The notes: a model not told the origin generated them from the letters alone. A stretch of DNA of 44,813 nt from Candidatus Fimenecus sp. (GCA_045534995.1 JAZSKT010000133.1:1-44813), one strand, 5' to 3'; positions 15,701 through 25,353 are shown, counted from the stretch's first letter. A program made the numbers and translations.

Positions 15701-17290
15701 ATGTTTAATATTGTTCCTCAACCTGTAAGCATATTTATAAATCGGGACAAAAAAGGTTTTACGCTTCATACAGGAACTACAATTTCACCATATCCGTTTG
15801 TAGATGAGTTTATTTCTTTTGCGAGAAAAACTTTGAATAAAAAGGTGTATGTTCACGAGGACACAGGTGAAGAAAGGTCAATTATTCTTGCAATTGACAA
15901 TTCTATTGAGCAAGATGAGGGGTACACCATAAAATGTGAAAACAGACGAGTTTTCATAAATGCAAAAACAGAAACCGGTCTGTTCTATGGATTACAGACA
16001 TTAAAACAGATGTTGTTGCAGACTGAGGGTAAAATCCCATATACTGAAATTACAGATTATCCTCGTTTTTCTTATCGTGGATTTATGCTTGACTGCGGAA
16101 GATATTTCTACACAGTTGATGAGATTAAAAAAATCATTGACTTGATGGCTCTTCATAAATTGAATGTGTTGCATTGGCACTTGACAGAAGACCAGGGATG
16201 GCGAATAGAAATCAAGAAATATCCGCTTCTTATTGAAAAAGGTTCAAAAAGAAGTCATACCAATTTTAATCATAAAGCTCATGGTGGATATTATACACAA
16301 GAACAGGTAAAAGAAATTGTCGCATATTGTCACGAGAGATTTATAAAAGTTATTCCTGAATTCGACATTCCGGGACATAGTGTGGCTGCGATTTCTTGTT
16401 ATCCCGAACTTTCTTGTCTTGACAGAAAACTTGAGGTTGCAACTCATTGGGGAGTTAAACACGATATACTTTGTGCAGGAAAAGAAACCACATATAAATT
16501 TGTTTATGATGTTCTTGATGAATTGATAGAATTATTTCCTGATAAAGTCATTCATATCGGTGGTGATGAGGCAGTTAAGATGCGTTGGGAAAACTGTCCT
16601 CATTGTCAGAAAGTTATCAAGGAAAATTCACTTGCTGACGAAGATGCTTTGCAGATGTTCTTTATGAACAAGGTTGACGAATATCTTAAGTCAAAAGGAT
16701 ATTCATCCATAATGTGGAATTATGACGAAAACAAAAATGCAGATATTTTGAACACGGATATTGCGTGGGATGTCTGCGGAATGGGTGACGATAAGGAAGT
16801 AGTTAAAAACGAACTAAAGCGTGGTCGTAAGATGATTAATACATCCTGTTATCCGTATTATTTTGATTTCCCATATGGTTGGAATACGCTGAAGCAGGTT
16901 TGTGATGATGACGGAGCGTTGACAGAGGATGACAGCGAAACCTTAGGAATTGAAGCTCAGATGTGGACGGAGTATGTTCCTAATATGAAACGCCTTGAAT
17001 TCCTTACTTTCCCGAGATTGGGCGCAATGGCAGAAAATGCGTGGGCAGAAAAGGGGTATCCGTCATTCACTACTTTTGTACACAAAATAGGTGACTATTA
17101 TAAAGTTCTTGATGTTTATAATGTTGGGTATGCTCCACTAAAAAAAGCGTGTCCGTCGTTTATATATAAACACGCTTCTTCACTTTGGTTTAAGCGTAGA
17201 GTTTTCCATTGGCAAGGTTTACACAACCTTATTGATGACGCAAAAGCAAAAAAGGAAGCAGAAAAAATAAAAGAAAAAGTTGAATTTTAA
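15701..17290 (+). CDS. Beta-N-acetylhexosaminidase (GH20)
   Basis: The GH20 catalytic signature is present ([39 protein letters not shown]). I chose ATG 15701 because GGAGG lies 8-10 nt upstream; the ORF-track start at 15662 is a TTG without an RBS. Confidence 0.9.
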   Translation: MFNIVPQPVSIFINRDKKGFTLHTGTTISPYPFVDEFISFARKTLNKKVYVHEDTGEERSIILAIDNSIEQDEGYTIKCENRRVFINAKTETGLFYGLQTLKQMLLQTEGKIPYTEITDYPRFSYRGFMLDCGRYFYTVDEIKKIIDLMALHKLNVLHWHLTEDQGWRIEIKKYPLLIEKGSKRSHTNFNHKAHGGYYTQEQVKEIVAYCHERFIKVIPEFDIPGHSVAAISCYPELSCLDRKLEVATHWGVKHDILCAGKETTYKFVYDVLDELIELFPDKVIHIGGDEAVKMRWENCPHCQKVIKENSLADEDALQMFFMNKVDEYLKSKGYSSIMWNYDENKNADILNTDIAWDVCGMGDDKEVVKNELKRGRKMINTSCYPYYFDFPYGWNTLKQVCDDDGALTEDDSETLGIEAQMWTEYVPNMKRLEFLTFPRLGAMAENAWAEKGYPSFTTFVHKIGDYYKVLDVYNVGYAPLKKACPSFIYKHASSLWFKRRVFHWQGLHNLIDDAKAKKEAEKIKEKVEF

Positions 17291-17346
17291 TTATAATTAG
17301 GGGAATAGTTAAAAACTTTCTATTATATAAATTGAGGTGTTATACA

Positions 17347-18855
17347 ATGAAAAAATACGTATTGGCATTAGACCAGGGAACAACAAGTTCCCGTGCAATT
17401 CTTTTTGATAAAAAAGGTAATATCTGCTTTAAGGCACAGCACGAATTCAGTCAGATTTATCCACATACAGGTTGGGTTGAACATAATCCTATGGAGATTC
17501 TTTTCTCACAGTTGCATTCTGTTATAGAAGTTATGGCTCAAAACAAGGCTACAGCTGAAGATATTGCATCAATAGGTATCACAAAGCAGCGTGAAACAAC
17601 AATTGTTTGGGATAAGTCAACAGGCAAACCTATTTACAATGCGATTGTATGGCAGTGCAGAAGAACTGCTGATATGTGTGAAAAAATTAAGGCGGATGCT
17701 GAATTGTCACAATACATAAAAGATCATACAGGTCTTGTTGTTGATGCATATTTCTCTGCAACAAAAATCAAGTGGATTCTTGACAATGTTGACGGTGCAA
17801 GAGAGTTGGCTGAAAAAGGGCAGCTTCTTTTCGGTACGGTTGAAACATGGCTTATCTGGAATCTTACAGGCGGTGCAGTACATATTACGGACTATTCAAA
17901 TGCATCACGTACAATGCTCTTTGATGTTGATAAGCTTTGTTGGGACGAATATCTTTGCGAAAAACTTGGTGTTCCGATGACAATGCTTCCTAAATGTGAA
18001 CCGTCAAGCAAGGTTTACGGAACTGTTGCAAAGAGTGTTATGGGTATTGAAGAACTTGCAGGTGTGCCTATTTCAGGTGCAATCGGTGACCAGCCTGCGG
18101 CCCTCTTCGGTCAGGGTTGCTTTAAGCAAGGTCAGGCGAAGAATACATACGGAACAGGTTGCTTCTTGCTTATGAATACAGGCGAAAAGCGAGTTGAATC
18201 AAAGAATAATCTTGTTACAGGTGTTGCATGGGGATTAGGTGATAAGGTTACTTATGCTATTGAGGGTTCAGCTTTTAATGCGGGTTCAGTAATCAAGTGG
18301 CTTCGTGATGATTTACAGCTTATTCCGTCTGCTCGTCGTTGTGATGAACTTGCAGAAAGTGTAGAGAATTCAAACGGTGTTTATTTTGTTCCTGCTTTTA
18401 CAGGTCTTGGTGCACCATATTGGGATATGTATGCTCGTGGTACTATTGTAGGACTTACTCGTGGTGCTACTGCTGCGCATATTTGCCGAAGTGTCCTTGA
18501 AGCGATTGCATATCAAATGACAGACTTACTTGAGGCAATGAAACAGGATTCTGACATCAAACTTTCTGAACTTCGTGTTGACGGTGGTGCATCTGTAAGT
18601 GATATTATGATGCAGATTCAGGCTGATATGATAAGAACAAACGTAAACAGACCAAAGATGGTTGAAACAACAGCCATTGGTGCTGCATATCTTTCAGGTC
18701 TTGCAGTAGGTTTTTGGAAAGATATGGATGAAATTGGGAAAATTCGTCAGATTGATAAAGTGTTCGAGCCAAAAATGGATATGGAAAAGCGAGAAAAGAG
18801 ATATCGCGGATGGCTTCGCGCAGTTGAGCGTTCAAGAGATTGGATTGAACACTAA
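17347..18855 (+). CDS. glpK: Glycerol kinase
   Basis: [40 protein letters not shown] and the FGGY C-terminal domain are present. RBS GAGGTG precedes ATG 17347. Confidence 0.95.
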   Translation: MKKYVLALDQGTTSSRAILFDKKGNICFKAQHEFSQIYPHTGWVEHNPMEILFSQLHSVIEVMAQNKATAEDIASIGITKQRETTIVWDKSTGKPIYNAIVWQCRRTADMCEKIKADAELSQYIKDHTGLVVDAYFSATKIKWILDNVDGARELAEKGQLLFGTVETWLIWNLTGGAVHITDYSNASRTMLFDVDKLCWDEYLCEKLGVPMTMLPKCEPSSKVYGTVAKSVMGIEELAGVPISGAIGDQPAALFGQGCFKQGQAKNTYGTGCFLLMNTGEKRVESKNNLVTGVAWGLGDKVTYAIEGSAFNAGSVIKWLRDDLQLIPSARRCDELAESVENSNGVYFVPAFTGLGAPYWDMYARGTIVGLTRGATAAHICRSVLEAIAYQMTDLLEAMKQDSDIKLSELRVDGGASVSDIMMQIQADMIRTNVNRPKMVETTAIGAAYLSGLAVGFWKDMDEIGKIRQIDKVFEPKMDMEKREKRYRGWLRAVERSRDWIEH

Positions 18856-19130
18856 TGGTTATTAAACATTATTTTCGTGATGGTGAAAAGATGCGAAAGC
18901 ATTTTTTGGAACACGGTGAAGCAACAAAATGTGATTCACCAGAGGAATATCTCATAAAAGCAAACGAGGTAATAGAAAATCCTAAGGTTAAGAGAAAGTA
19001 TGAAACAGATGACGGCGATAATGATATGGTGTATTATCTGTCAGAAACGGGAGAAATAGTTTTTCTTTCTGCTGACGGATATATCAGAACATATTATATC
19101 GCTGACGACGAATATTTTGAACGACAATAA
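18855..19130 (+). CDS. Small acidic hypothetical protein (91 aa)
   Basis: The ATG overlaps the glpK stop (TAATG). Composition is protein-like. An internal Met13 with GGTGAAAAG upstream is an alternative start. I do not recognise a family. Confidence 0.5.
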   Translation: MVIKHYFRDGEKMRKHFLEHGEATKCDSPEEYLIKANEVIENPKVKRKYETDDGDNDMVYYLSETGEIVFLSADGYIRTYYIADDEYFERQ

Positions 19131-19185
19131 AGAAGGGCGGGGGCTTGCTCCCGCCGTAAATATGTTAAACAAGAGGCGAAAACCA

Positions 19186-20358
19186 ATGGACTATGCAAAA
19201 GAAAGTTTAAAGCTTCATTATGAATGGCAAGGTAAAATTGAAATAAAGACAAGGGTAAAAGCAAATGATAAGGAGTCATTGTCACTTGCATACACTCCCG
19301 GAGTTGCCCAGCCCTGTATTGAAATTCAAAAGGACATAAATAAATCATATGAGTTGACACGCCGTTGGAATACGGTTGCAGTTGTGACTGACGGAACTGC
19401 CGTGTTGGGACTTGGCGATATTGGTCCCGAGGCAGGAATGCCTGTTATGGAGGGCAAATGTGTCCTTTTTAAGGAATTTGGCGGAGTTGACGCAATTCCA
19501 CTTTGCATAAAAAGTAAGGACGTTGATGAAATCGTAAATTGCATTACGCTTTTATCAGGAAGCTTCGGCGGAATAAATCTTGAAGATATTGCTGCTCCAA
19601 GATGCTTTGAGATTGAGAGAAAATTAAAGGAAAAATGCGATATTCCTATTTTTCATGATGACCAGCACGGTACAGCAGTTGTTGTGGGTGCTGCCGTGAC
19701 AAATGCACTTCGTGTTGTAGGTAAAAAAATAGAGGATTGTACCGTTGTATTCAGCGGTGCAGGTGCGGCAGGTATTGCTATTGCAAAGCTTATTTATAAA
19801 ATGGGTGCAGGAAATATCATAATGTGTGATAAGGAAGGTATCCTTACAGTTGGCAGAGAGTGGATGAATCCTGCACAGGAAGAAATGGCTGAAATTACAA
19901 ATAAAAATAATCTTAAAGGCACTCTCAAAGATGCGTTGAAAGGTGCGGACATATTTATCGGTGTTTCAGCACCCAATATTGTCACAGAAGAAATGATTAG
20001 TTCAATGGCTTCTGATGCTATTGTTTTCCCAATGGCAAATCCCGTACCTGAAATTATGCCCGATAAAGCAAAAAATGCCGGCGCGAGAGTTGTCGGCACA
20101 GGCAGAAGTGATTATCCTAATCAAATTAATAATGTACTTGCATTTCCGGGAATTTTCCGTGGTGCTCTTGATTGCAAGGCAAGTGACATTAACGAGGAAA
20201 TGAAAATTGCTGCGGCAAAGGCTATTGCATCTCTTGTGGCAGATGATGAGCTGACAGAGGAATATATATTGCCGAAAGCCTTTGATGAAAGAGTCGGAAA
20301 AACAGTTGCAGAAGCTGTCAGTGAGGCTGCAAGAAAAAGTGGCATTGCAAGAAGTTAA
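19186..20358 (+). CDS. NAD(P)-dependent malic enzyme (short bacterial form)
   Basis: LSLAYTPGVAQPC, VAVVTDGTAVLGLGDIGPEAGMPVMEGKCVLFK, NLEDIAAPRCFEIE, FHDDQHGTA and GAGAAG are present. I chose ATG 19186 (RBS AAGAGG). Confidence 0.9.
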   Translation: MDYAKESLKLHYEWQGKIEIKTRVKANDKESLSLAYTPGVAQPCIEIQKDINKSYELTRRWNTVAVVTDGTAVLGLGDIGPEAGMPVMEGKCVLFKEFGGVDAIPLCIKSKDVDEIVNCITLLSGSFGGINLEDIAAPRCFEIERKLKEKCDIPIFHDDQHGTAVVVGAAVTNALRVVGKKIEDCTVVFSGAGAAGIAIAKLIYKMGAGNIIMCDKEGILTVGREWMNPAQEEMAEITNKNNLKGTLKDALKGADIFIGVSAPNIVTEEMISSMASDAIVFPMANPVPEIMPDKAKNAGARVVGTGRSDYPNQINNVLAFPGIFRGALDCKASDINEEMKIAAAKAIASLVADDELTEEYILPKAFDERVGKTVAEAVSEAARKSGIARS

Positions 20359-20400
20359 AAAACATCTATCGCATAAGAAAAATATTCATATAAAACCCAA

Positions 20401-20434
20401 AACCCCATCGGATAAACCGATGGGGTTCCTTTTT
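20401..20434 (+). terminator. Rho-independent terminator of the malic enzyme gene
   Basis: AACCCCATCGG-ATAAA-CCGATGGGGTT followed by CCTTTTT. Confidence 0.7.
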
Positions 20435-20520
20435 CACTCGTCAAAAGACGAGATATAACCTATATAATGTGAATGTATAATAGCATAAAATGAACACCTT
20501 GTCAAATAAATAGACAAAAT

Positions 20521-21321
20521 TTATCTATCCTGCATTCTTCTCCAATGGAAAAGGTACTGTTGGGCGATTCCTTCTGTGCCTTTTGTACAATCAGGTAAGC
20601 CCTCAGGATACATTTCTGCCATAATGCGTTTTACCCATACATCAACCGGAAATGCCTCAAGTTTGTGAAATCCGTAAAGAAGCGTGCATTCAGCAACTTT
20701 TGCGCCAACACCTTTGATTTTCTGTAATTCTTCTCTGCCGAAATCAATGGAATTTTCCTGTATTTTATTAAAATCGACTTCGCCGTTTGAAACTTTTTGT
20801 GCTGCATCAATAATATATTTTGCCCTGAAACCTGCTCGTAATGGCGATAAATCCTCAACAGTATGTTTTGATAATTTTTCAGCAGACGGAAATGTCTTCT
20901 TACCTGATTCACCATCACCGAATGTATCGCAAAGCCTTTCAATAATTCCTTTAATTCGTGGGATATTGTTGTTTTGCGAAATAATAAATGAGCAAAGTGC
21001 TTCCCAAGGTTCCTGACGAAGAATTCGGATGCCGTTGTATTCCTTAACTGCAGTTATAAGATGCTTATCATCATAAGAAGAAACGATTTTTTCATAGTCA
21101 AGGTCAAAATCAAAGTAACTCTTCCAGATAAGATTGTAATCTTCCTCTGTGCAGTCGTAAAAGATGAGTTCATTGTCAGTTTGTTGAATCTGCAGGAATC
21201 TGCCAAAGGCAACGCCCTGCCACATATTGTCCTTAAATACCCAGCGAAATGCCTGACCACAGTCAAGACACAGACCTAAATCAAAGGTGGGTGGGCAAGG
21301 TATTTTGTAGCAATTCTTCAT
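20521..21321 (-). CDS. ogg: 8-oxoguanine DNA glycosylase/AP lyase (OGG, HhH-GPD)
   Basis: The OGG N-terminal motif CLDCGQAFRW is present, along with the HhH-GPD region LQKIKGVGAKVAECTLLYG...FPVDVW. I chose the start at MKNCYK (AAAGGA 8 nt upstream). Confidence 0.85.
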   Translation of the reverse strand: MKNCYKIPCPPTFDLGLCLDCGQAFRWVFKDNMWQGVAFGRFLQIQQTDNELIFYDCTEEDYNLIWKSYFDFDLDYEKIVSSYDDKHLITAVKEYNGIRILRQEPWEALCSFIISQNNNIPRIKGIIERLCDTFGDGESGKKTFPSAEKLSKHTVEDLSPLRAGFRAKYIIDAAQKVSNGEVDFNKIQENSIDFGREELQKIKGVGAKVAECTLLYGFHKLEAFPVDVWVKRIMAEMYPEGLPDCTKGTEGIAQQYLFHWRRMQDR

Positions 21322-21751
21322 AATAAAAATCCTTTGCAAAATAACTAAAAAAATCAGAAAATTCTATCTAAAAATGACAATGTCAAAATGCACAAAAATT
21401 TTAGACAAAAAATAAGTGAGGCATGTTCCATTATGTATAATTTGTAAAGATGTTATAACAAATCGTATTTGACATTTATTTAACAATCTTTTATCAAATT
21501 TGTCGAAAAGTGGAAAAATCCTTTAATTTTCAATGATTTTGATGGGAGTTATAAACATTTTCAACAGAGTTTTCAACAATTTAGTTGAAAAGTTATTTAT
21601 ACTATTTGTATATTTTTAGGTAAAATAATTTTTGGTAAAAATCCCATATTGACAAAAATTTCTGTAAAATCATTATGTAAAAATAGTATAAAAATACCTA
21701 AAAAAACTAAAGATATTTTCAAAATGATAAAAAATATGTGAGGATAAAAAT

Positions 21752-22015
21752 ATGGTAAAAGGTGTCAATCGTCAAGTTCTCGAAATACACGAAACAGGAT
21801 GCGAGTATTTTGAAAAAGCGTTGTTCTTCGTGCGCCCTGAATTTAGTGCAGAAAACGAGGGAAAATTAAAGTCAAAAGCAATTGCAAGTATAATGAATTC
21901 ACCGGGAACACCAAAAACCAGAAAACAAAAAACAAAAAGCCGAGTATTGCAAATTGCAGAATTAGCAGCCTCGGCAGGCGTTGGTGCAATTATAACTGCA
22001 CTATTTATAAGATAA
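21752..22015 (+). CDS. Small conserved hypothetical protein with a C-terminal TM anchor
   Basis: The 87-aa protein has RBS GAGGA upstream. The N-terminus is MVKGVNRQVLEIHETGCEYFEKALFFVRPE and the C-terminus has a hydrophobic helix, IAELAASAGVGAIITALFI. It resembles small proteins I have seen in Clostridia, but I cannot name the family. Confidence 0.6.
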   Translation: MVKGVNRQVLEIHETGCEYFEKALFFVRPEFSAENEGKLKSKAIASIMNSPGTPKTRKQKTKSRVLQIAELAASAGVGAIITALFIR

Positions 22016-23072
22016 TTAAATTTTTAGGTGAATTGGTAAGGTTTTGACAACCACTTTCGGTGATAAGCGCCATATCTTCAATTCTTACACCAAATTTTTC
22101 AGGGATATATATTCCGGGTTCCACAGTTACAATGTTACCAACTTGAAGAATACTGCCCGAAGCAGGTGACACGTTAGGAAATTCGTGAATCTCTACACCG
22201 ACACCGTGGCCTGTTGAATGGGTAAAATACTGTCCGTAGCCTGAATCGTTGATAACGCTTCTTGCGAACATATCACCGTTTTTACAGGAAACACCTGCTT
22301 TGATGTTATCAAGGCAGTTTTGCTGTGCTTTAAGGACTGTATCATAAACATTTTTCATTTCATCGGTAGCAAAGCCTACTGCAACAGTTCTTGTCATATC
22401 GCTGTGGTATCCGTTTATAATTGTGCCGAAATCCATTGTGATAAAATCGCCGTTTTTAATCTTTTTATCACATGGGACACCGTGAGGCATTGATGAATTT
22501 TTACCGCTTACTGCAATAGTTTCAAAGGATAGTCCTTCGCCACCGTTATGAAGCATAAAAAAGTCAAGCTGAAGTGCAATTTCCTTTTCAGTAACCCCGG
22601 GTTTAATGAACCCAAGAATATGGTCAAAAGCATTTTCGGCAATTCGTTGTGCCTTGATAATGCTTTCAACTTCATTTTCAGCCTTTACTGAACGAAGCAT
22701 ATTTATAAGCGAATCCAAAGTAGAATCTGTTGAGATACTTATATTTTTAAGAACGCCTTTAAGTGAATTGTATGTTGCAACGGTCATTCTTGTGGACTCA
22801 ACAAGAAGATGTTTACATCCCATTTCGCCGAGAATTTCTGCGATTTGCGGATAAGTTTTGCCCAAAAGTCTAACTTCGCAATTTGAAATCTGCTTTTGGG
22901 CAGCTTCGATATATCGTCCGTCAGTAATGAATACTGCACGGTCAGAGGATACAAGTAAAAAACCGTCAGAAGAATCAAAACCTGTAAAATATTTTCTGTT
23001 TTCAGGAGAGATAATCAATGCAGAATATCCGTTTCCTTTATCATTTAATAATTTCTGCAAATTTTTAATCAT
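22005..23072 (-). CDS. pepP: Xaa-Pro aminopeptidase (M24 family)
   Basis: The M24 metal ligands and signature are present (DFGTIINGYHSDMTRT, HSTGHGVGVEIHEFP, EPGIY). The start is set at MIKNLQ (ATG 23072), which overlaps the upstream gene's stop by 8 nt. The longer ORF-track N-terminus lies inside the upstream gene. Confidence 0.9.
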   Translation of the reverse strand: MIKNLQKLLNDKGNGYSALIISPENRKYFTGFDSSDGFLLVSSDRAVFITDGRYIEAAQKQISNCEVRLLGKTYPQIAEILGEMGCKHLLVESTRMTVATYNSLKGVLKNISISTDSTLDSLINMLRSVKAENEVESIIKAQRIAENAFDHILGFIKPGVTEKEIALQLDFFMLHNGGEGLSFETIAVSGKNSSMPHGVPCDKKIKNGDFITMDFGTIINGYHSDMTRTVAVGFATDEMKNVYDTVLKAQQNCLDNIKAGVSCKNGDMFARSVINDSGYGQYFTHSTGHGVGVEIHEFPNVSPASGSILQVGNIVTVEPGIYIPEKFGVRIEDMALITESGCQNLTNSPKNLIIL

Positions 23073-23583
23073 AATAACCATATCCATGTAGTTTTTCAAA
23101 TTCTTTAAGAATTGGTGCAGCCTTGCGACGACGAGTTGCATAGAATATAGGGAAACGAGTTTTGCCCTTGAGTGCATCAACGAGGATTGCAATCGCACCG
23201 CAACTGTTGGCTGCCATAACATCTGCAAAAATCTGGTCACCGACCATAGCTAATTCGTTTATTCTGACACCCATTATTTCTGCGCCTTTAATAAGTGTGT
23301 GTGGTTTTGGCTTTTTTGCGTTGGCGATAAATGACAGACCAAGTTTTTTGGAAACAATTTTCGGACGACGAGGAATAGCATTTGAAATTATCATAACTTT
23401 GATTTCATTATTCTGAATTTCCTTAAGCCATTCTTCAAGACCGTCAATACATTTTGTTGTTCCATCGTTGCAAATAGTGTTGTCGATGTCGAGTGCAACT
23501 GCTTTTGCTCCCATTTTTCGTAAATCGTCAACAGTAATATCTAAAACGCTTTTATAGCGATATTTCGGCATAGGTGAAACCAT
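23065..23583 (-). CDS. YqeG-family HAD-IIIA phosphatase
   Basis: HAD motifs are present: LDIDNTI (motif I), SNA, and MVGDQIFADV (motif IV). Size is 172 aa. Confidence 0.85.
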   Translation of the reverse strand: MVSPMPKYRYKSVLDITVDDLRKMGAKAVALDIDNTICNDGTTKCIDGLEEWLKEIQNNEIKVMIISNAIPRRPKIVSKKLGLSFIANAKKPKPHTLIKGAEIMGVRINELAMVGDQIFADVMAANSCGAIAILVDALKGKTRFPIFYATRRRKAAPILKEFEKLHGYGYYD

Positions 23584-23622
23584 AGTAATTCTCCTTTGGC
23601 TTGACGATTATTATCGTCGGTT

Positions 23623-23658
23623 AAAAAAATAGTGGGCAATCCGTCAATGGATGCCCAC
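23623..23658 (-). terminator. Rho-independent terminator of rpsU
   Basis: Minus strand: GTGGGCA-loop-TGCCCAC followed by TATTTTTTT. Confidence 0.7.
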
Positions 23659-23693
23659 TTGCGTTTTAAAACATAGCTCCGCAAAGCGAAAGA

Positions 23694-23870
23694 TTATTTA
23701 AACTTACGCTTACGTGCAGCCTCAGACTTCTTCTTTCTCTTTACAGAAGGCTTTTCGTAATGCTCTCTTTTGCGAACTTCCTGAATGACACCGTCACGAG
23801 AAGTCTGTCTCTTAAATCTTCTGAGAGCACTTTCCAAGGACTCGTTTTCTTTAACTTTTACCTGACTCAT
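23694..23870 (-). CDS. rpsU: 30S ribosomal protein S21
   Basis: [58 protein letters not shown] (58 aa). RBS AGGGAGGG is upstream. Confidence 0.95.
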   Translation of the reverse strand: MSQVKVKENESLESALRRFKRQTSRDGVIQEVRKREHYEKPSVKRKKKSEAARKRKFK

Positions 23871-23907
23871 TAAAATTCCCTCCCTTGTACATTGGGATAC
23901 ATTTTGT

Positions 23908-23936
23908 ATTATACAACACCATCTGTCAACTGTCAA
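23908..23936 (-). promoter_or_regulatory. Consensus sigma-A promoter of rpsU
   Basis: Minus strand: TTGACA, a 17-bp spacer, then TATAAT, ~37 nt upstream of the rpsU ATG. Confidence 0.65.
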
Positions 23937-23957
23937 CAGTTTTATTCATAAATTTTA

Positions 23958-24656
23958 TTATGGTAAGAATAATTTTTCAATTTCATTTACAGACATTTCG
24001 CCATAGTTTGTTTGACAGAAACAAAAGTTTTTGCATTTGTTTACTTTAAATGTAATATGATTCAAATTTGACTTTTCAAGGACAGAAATTAATGCGTTTT
24101 TAGCTTTTTTAAATAAAAGATGTTTGTTTTCAAGGATATCAAGAGAAATCTCTTTTAAATATTTTGATAAGTTTATTTGAGATTTTTTATCTCGAATTAA
24201 AATAATATTTTTATGTATTTTTTTATCATTATAAAGTGAATCAAAAATTTTGGAAAATTCTGCTACTGAAGAATAGCATATATCATTTCTCGTCATATTC
24301 TTTTTTCGATAAAATGGATTTCTTTTTGAAATACAAAGGTCTCTTTCGTCAATTTCCAATAAAAAATCTACAGATATTTTAAAGCATACAGGTCCTAATT
24401 TGTTTTGTCGCAAAAAATATCCGTGTAAATCATACAGATAAAGAGGTATTTTGTTCCACATACAGGCTTGTTTGTACAGAGTGGCATCGTCAACTTGTGT
24501 CATGGGTAACTGCTTATGCGAAAGTTGGAGCAACGACATCAAAGTGTTTGACTGAAGCATTGTACAAGCATTACGCACCGTGCAGGAGAAGAACAAATAT
24601 TCAACCCCTTTGTCTTTTAATAATTGATGAAGTTCTTTAGGTGATATTGAAATCAT
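23958..24656 (-). CDS. Orphan hypothetical protein (232 aa) in an AT-rich islet
   Basis: AGGAGG lies 7 nt upstream of ATG 24656 (MISISPKELHQLL). I recognise no family. One 100-nt hand count gave GC ~24-28%, versus ~41% in the adjacent rpsU. Confidence 0.6.
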   Translation of the reverse strand: MISISPKELHQLLKDKGVEYLFFSCTVRNACTMLQSNTLMSLLQLSHKQLPMTQVDDATLYKQACMWNKIPLYLYDLHGYFLRQNKLGPVCFKISVDFLLEIDERDLCISKRNPFYRKKNMTRNDICYSSVAEFSKIFDSLYNDKKIHKNIILIRDKKSQINLSKYLKEISLDILENKHLLFKKAKNALISVLEKSNLNHITFKVNKCKNFCFCQTNYGEMSVNEIEKLFLP

Positions 24657-24753
24657 AAATTGGCCTCCTGTACACACAATTAATAAAAGAGAAAACGAAT
24701 CTAATATCGTAAAAAAGTATGATTTTGTTACAAAAGCTTATAAAAAAGCAAAA

Positions 24754-24780
24754 TCGCCGAAAACAGGCTGTTTTCGACGA
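24754..24780. promoter_or_regulatory. 13-bp-arm palindrome in the divergent intergenic region (operator or minus-strand terminator)
   Basis: TCGCCGAAAACAG-G-CTGTTTTCGACGA has one mismatch. TATAAT at 24783-24788 follows on the plus strand. On the minus strand the hairpin is followed by ATTTTGCTTTTTT. Confidence 0.45.
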
Positions 24781-24979
24781 AATATAATCCTCCAGAAGCT
24801 CCCTCTTAAAAATACCATTACTTCAATGGAGCATGGAGTATTTTTCGTTACCAATTATAGTAGGTAACAAATTTATTATACACTCAAAAAATGTGGATGT
24901 CAACATTAAAACACTTTTTAATTGTGCAAATTTAAATGTTATGTATAGTACAATTGGGTACAAAGAGGTGATTCTTTTC

Positions 24980-25288
24980 GTGGAACAAAAAGATTTTAGT
25001 TTAAGATTAGCACAATTGAGAGAAAATAAAGGTGTTTCTGCTCGTGATATGAGTTTGTCAATGGGTTTTAGCGAAAATTACATTAATAACATTGAAAATC
25101 AATTATCTTTCCCATCAATGACAGTATTCTTTTATATTTGTGAATATTTAAATATCACACCTAAAGAGTTCTTTGATACTGAATCCAAAAGTCCTACTAA
25201 AGAAAATGAATTGCTTGATGCTGTAAAAGGATTAAGCACGGAACAGCTTGATACATTGATAACTCTTGCAAAAGGGTTGAAGAAATAA
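24980..25288 (+). CDS. XRE-family helix-turn-helix transcriptional regulator
   Basis: FSLRLAQLRENKGVSARDMSLSMGFSENYINNIENQLSFPSMTVFFYICEYLNITPKEFF is a canonical HTH_XRE. I chose GTG 24980 because AGAGGTG lies 9 nt upstream; ATG 24941 or 24833 are alternatives. Confidence 0.8.
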   Translation: MEQKDFSLRLAQLRENKGVSARDMSLSMGFSENYINNIENQLSFPSMTVFFYICEYLNITPKEFFDTESKSPTKENELLDAVKGLSTEQLDTLITLAKGLKK

Positions 25289-25296
25289 AAAATATG

Positions 25297-25320
25297 GCGG
25301 AGTCGTTTTTTGACTCCGCC
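25297..25320. terminator. Bidirectional hairpin terminator
   Basis: GGCGGAGTC-GTTTTTT-GACTCCGCC. The minus-strand reading is followed by ATATTTTTT, so it serves the PHP gene, and it also closes the XRE gene. Confidence 0.6.
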
Positions 25321-25353
25321 ATTATTGTATTCTATATGCAATTTATTTATTTT

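Noticed and set aside
21340-21751. The AT-rich 412-bp intergenic region as a replication origin
   Set aside because: I found no DnaA boxes (TTATCCACA or its complement) and no dnaA/dnaN nearby.
23073-23240. 56-codon N-terminal extension of pepP in the ORF track
   Set aside because: The extension lies inside the upstream HAD phosphatase gene in another frame. The M24 homology begins at MIKNLQ, whose ATG overlaps the upstream stop.
23958-24656. The orphan protein as a DarT-like (DUF4433) ADP-ribosyltransferase
   Set aside because: There is a superficial resemblance: EYLFFSCTVRNACTMLQSNTLMS versus the DarT 'lyHiT..NL.sIl..G.L' N-terminus. However, the His is absent, and I could not find an ARTT glutamate context (AEFLV-like). 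This is not supportable by eye.
24833-24979. 49-codon N-terminal extension of the XRE regulator
   Set aside because: There is no usable RBS at ATG 24833, and the extension is not part of an HTH_XRE fold. GTG 24980 has AGAGGTG at ideal spacing. Some uncertainty remains, because ATG 24941 is also possible.
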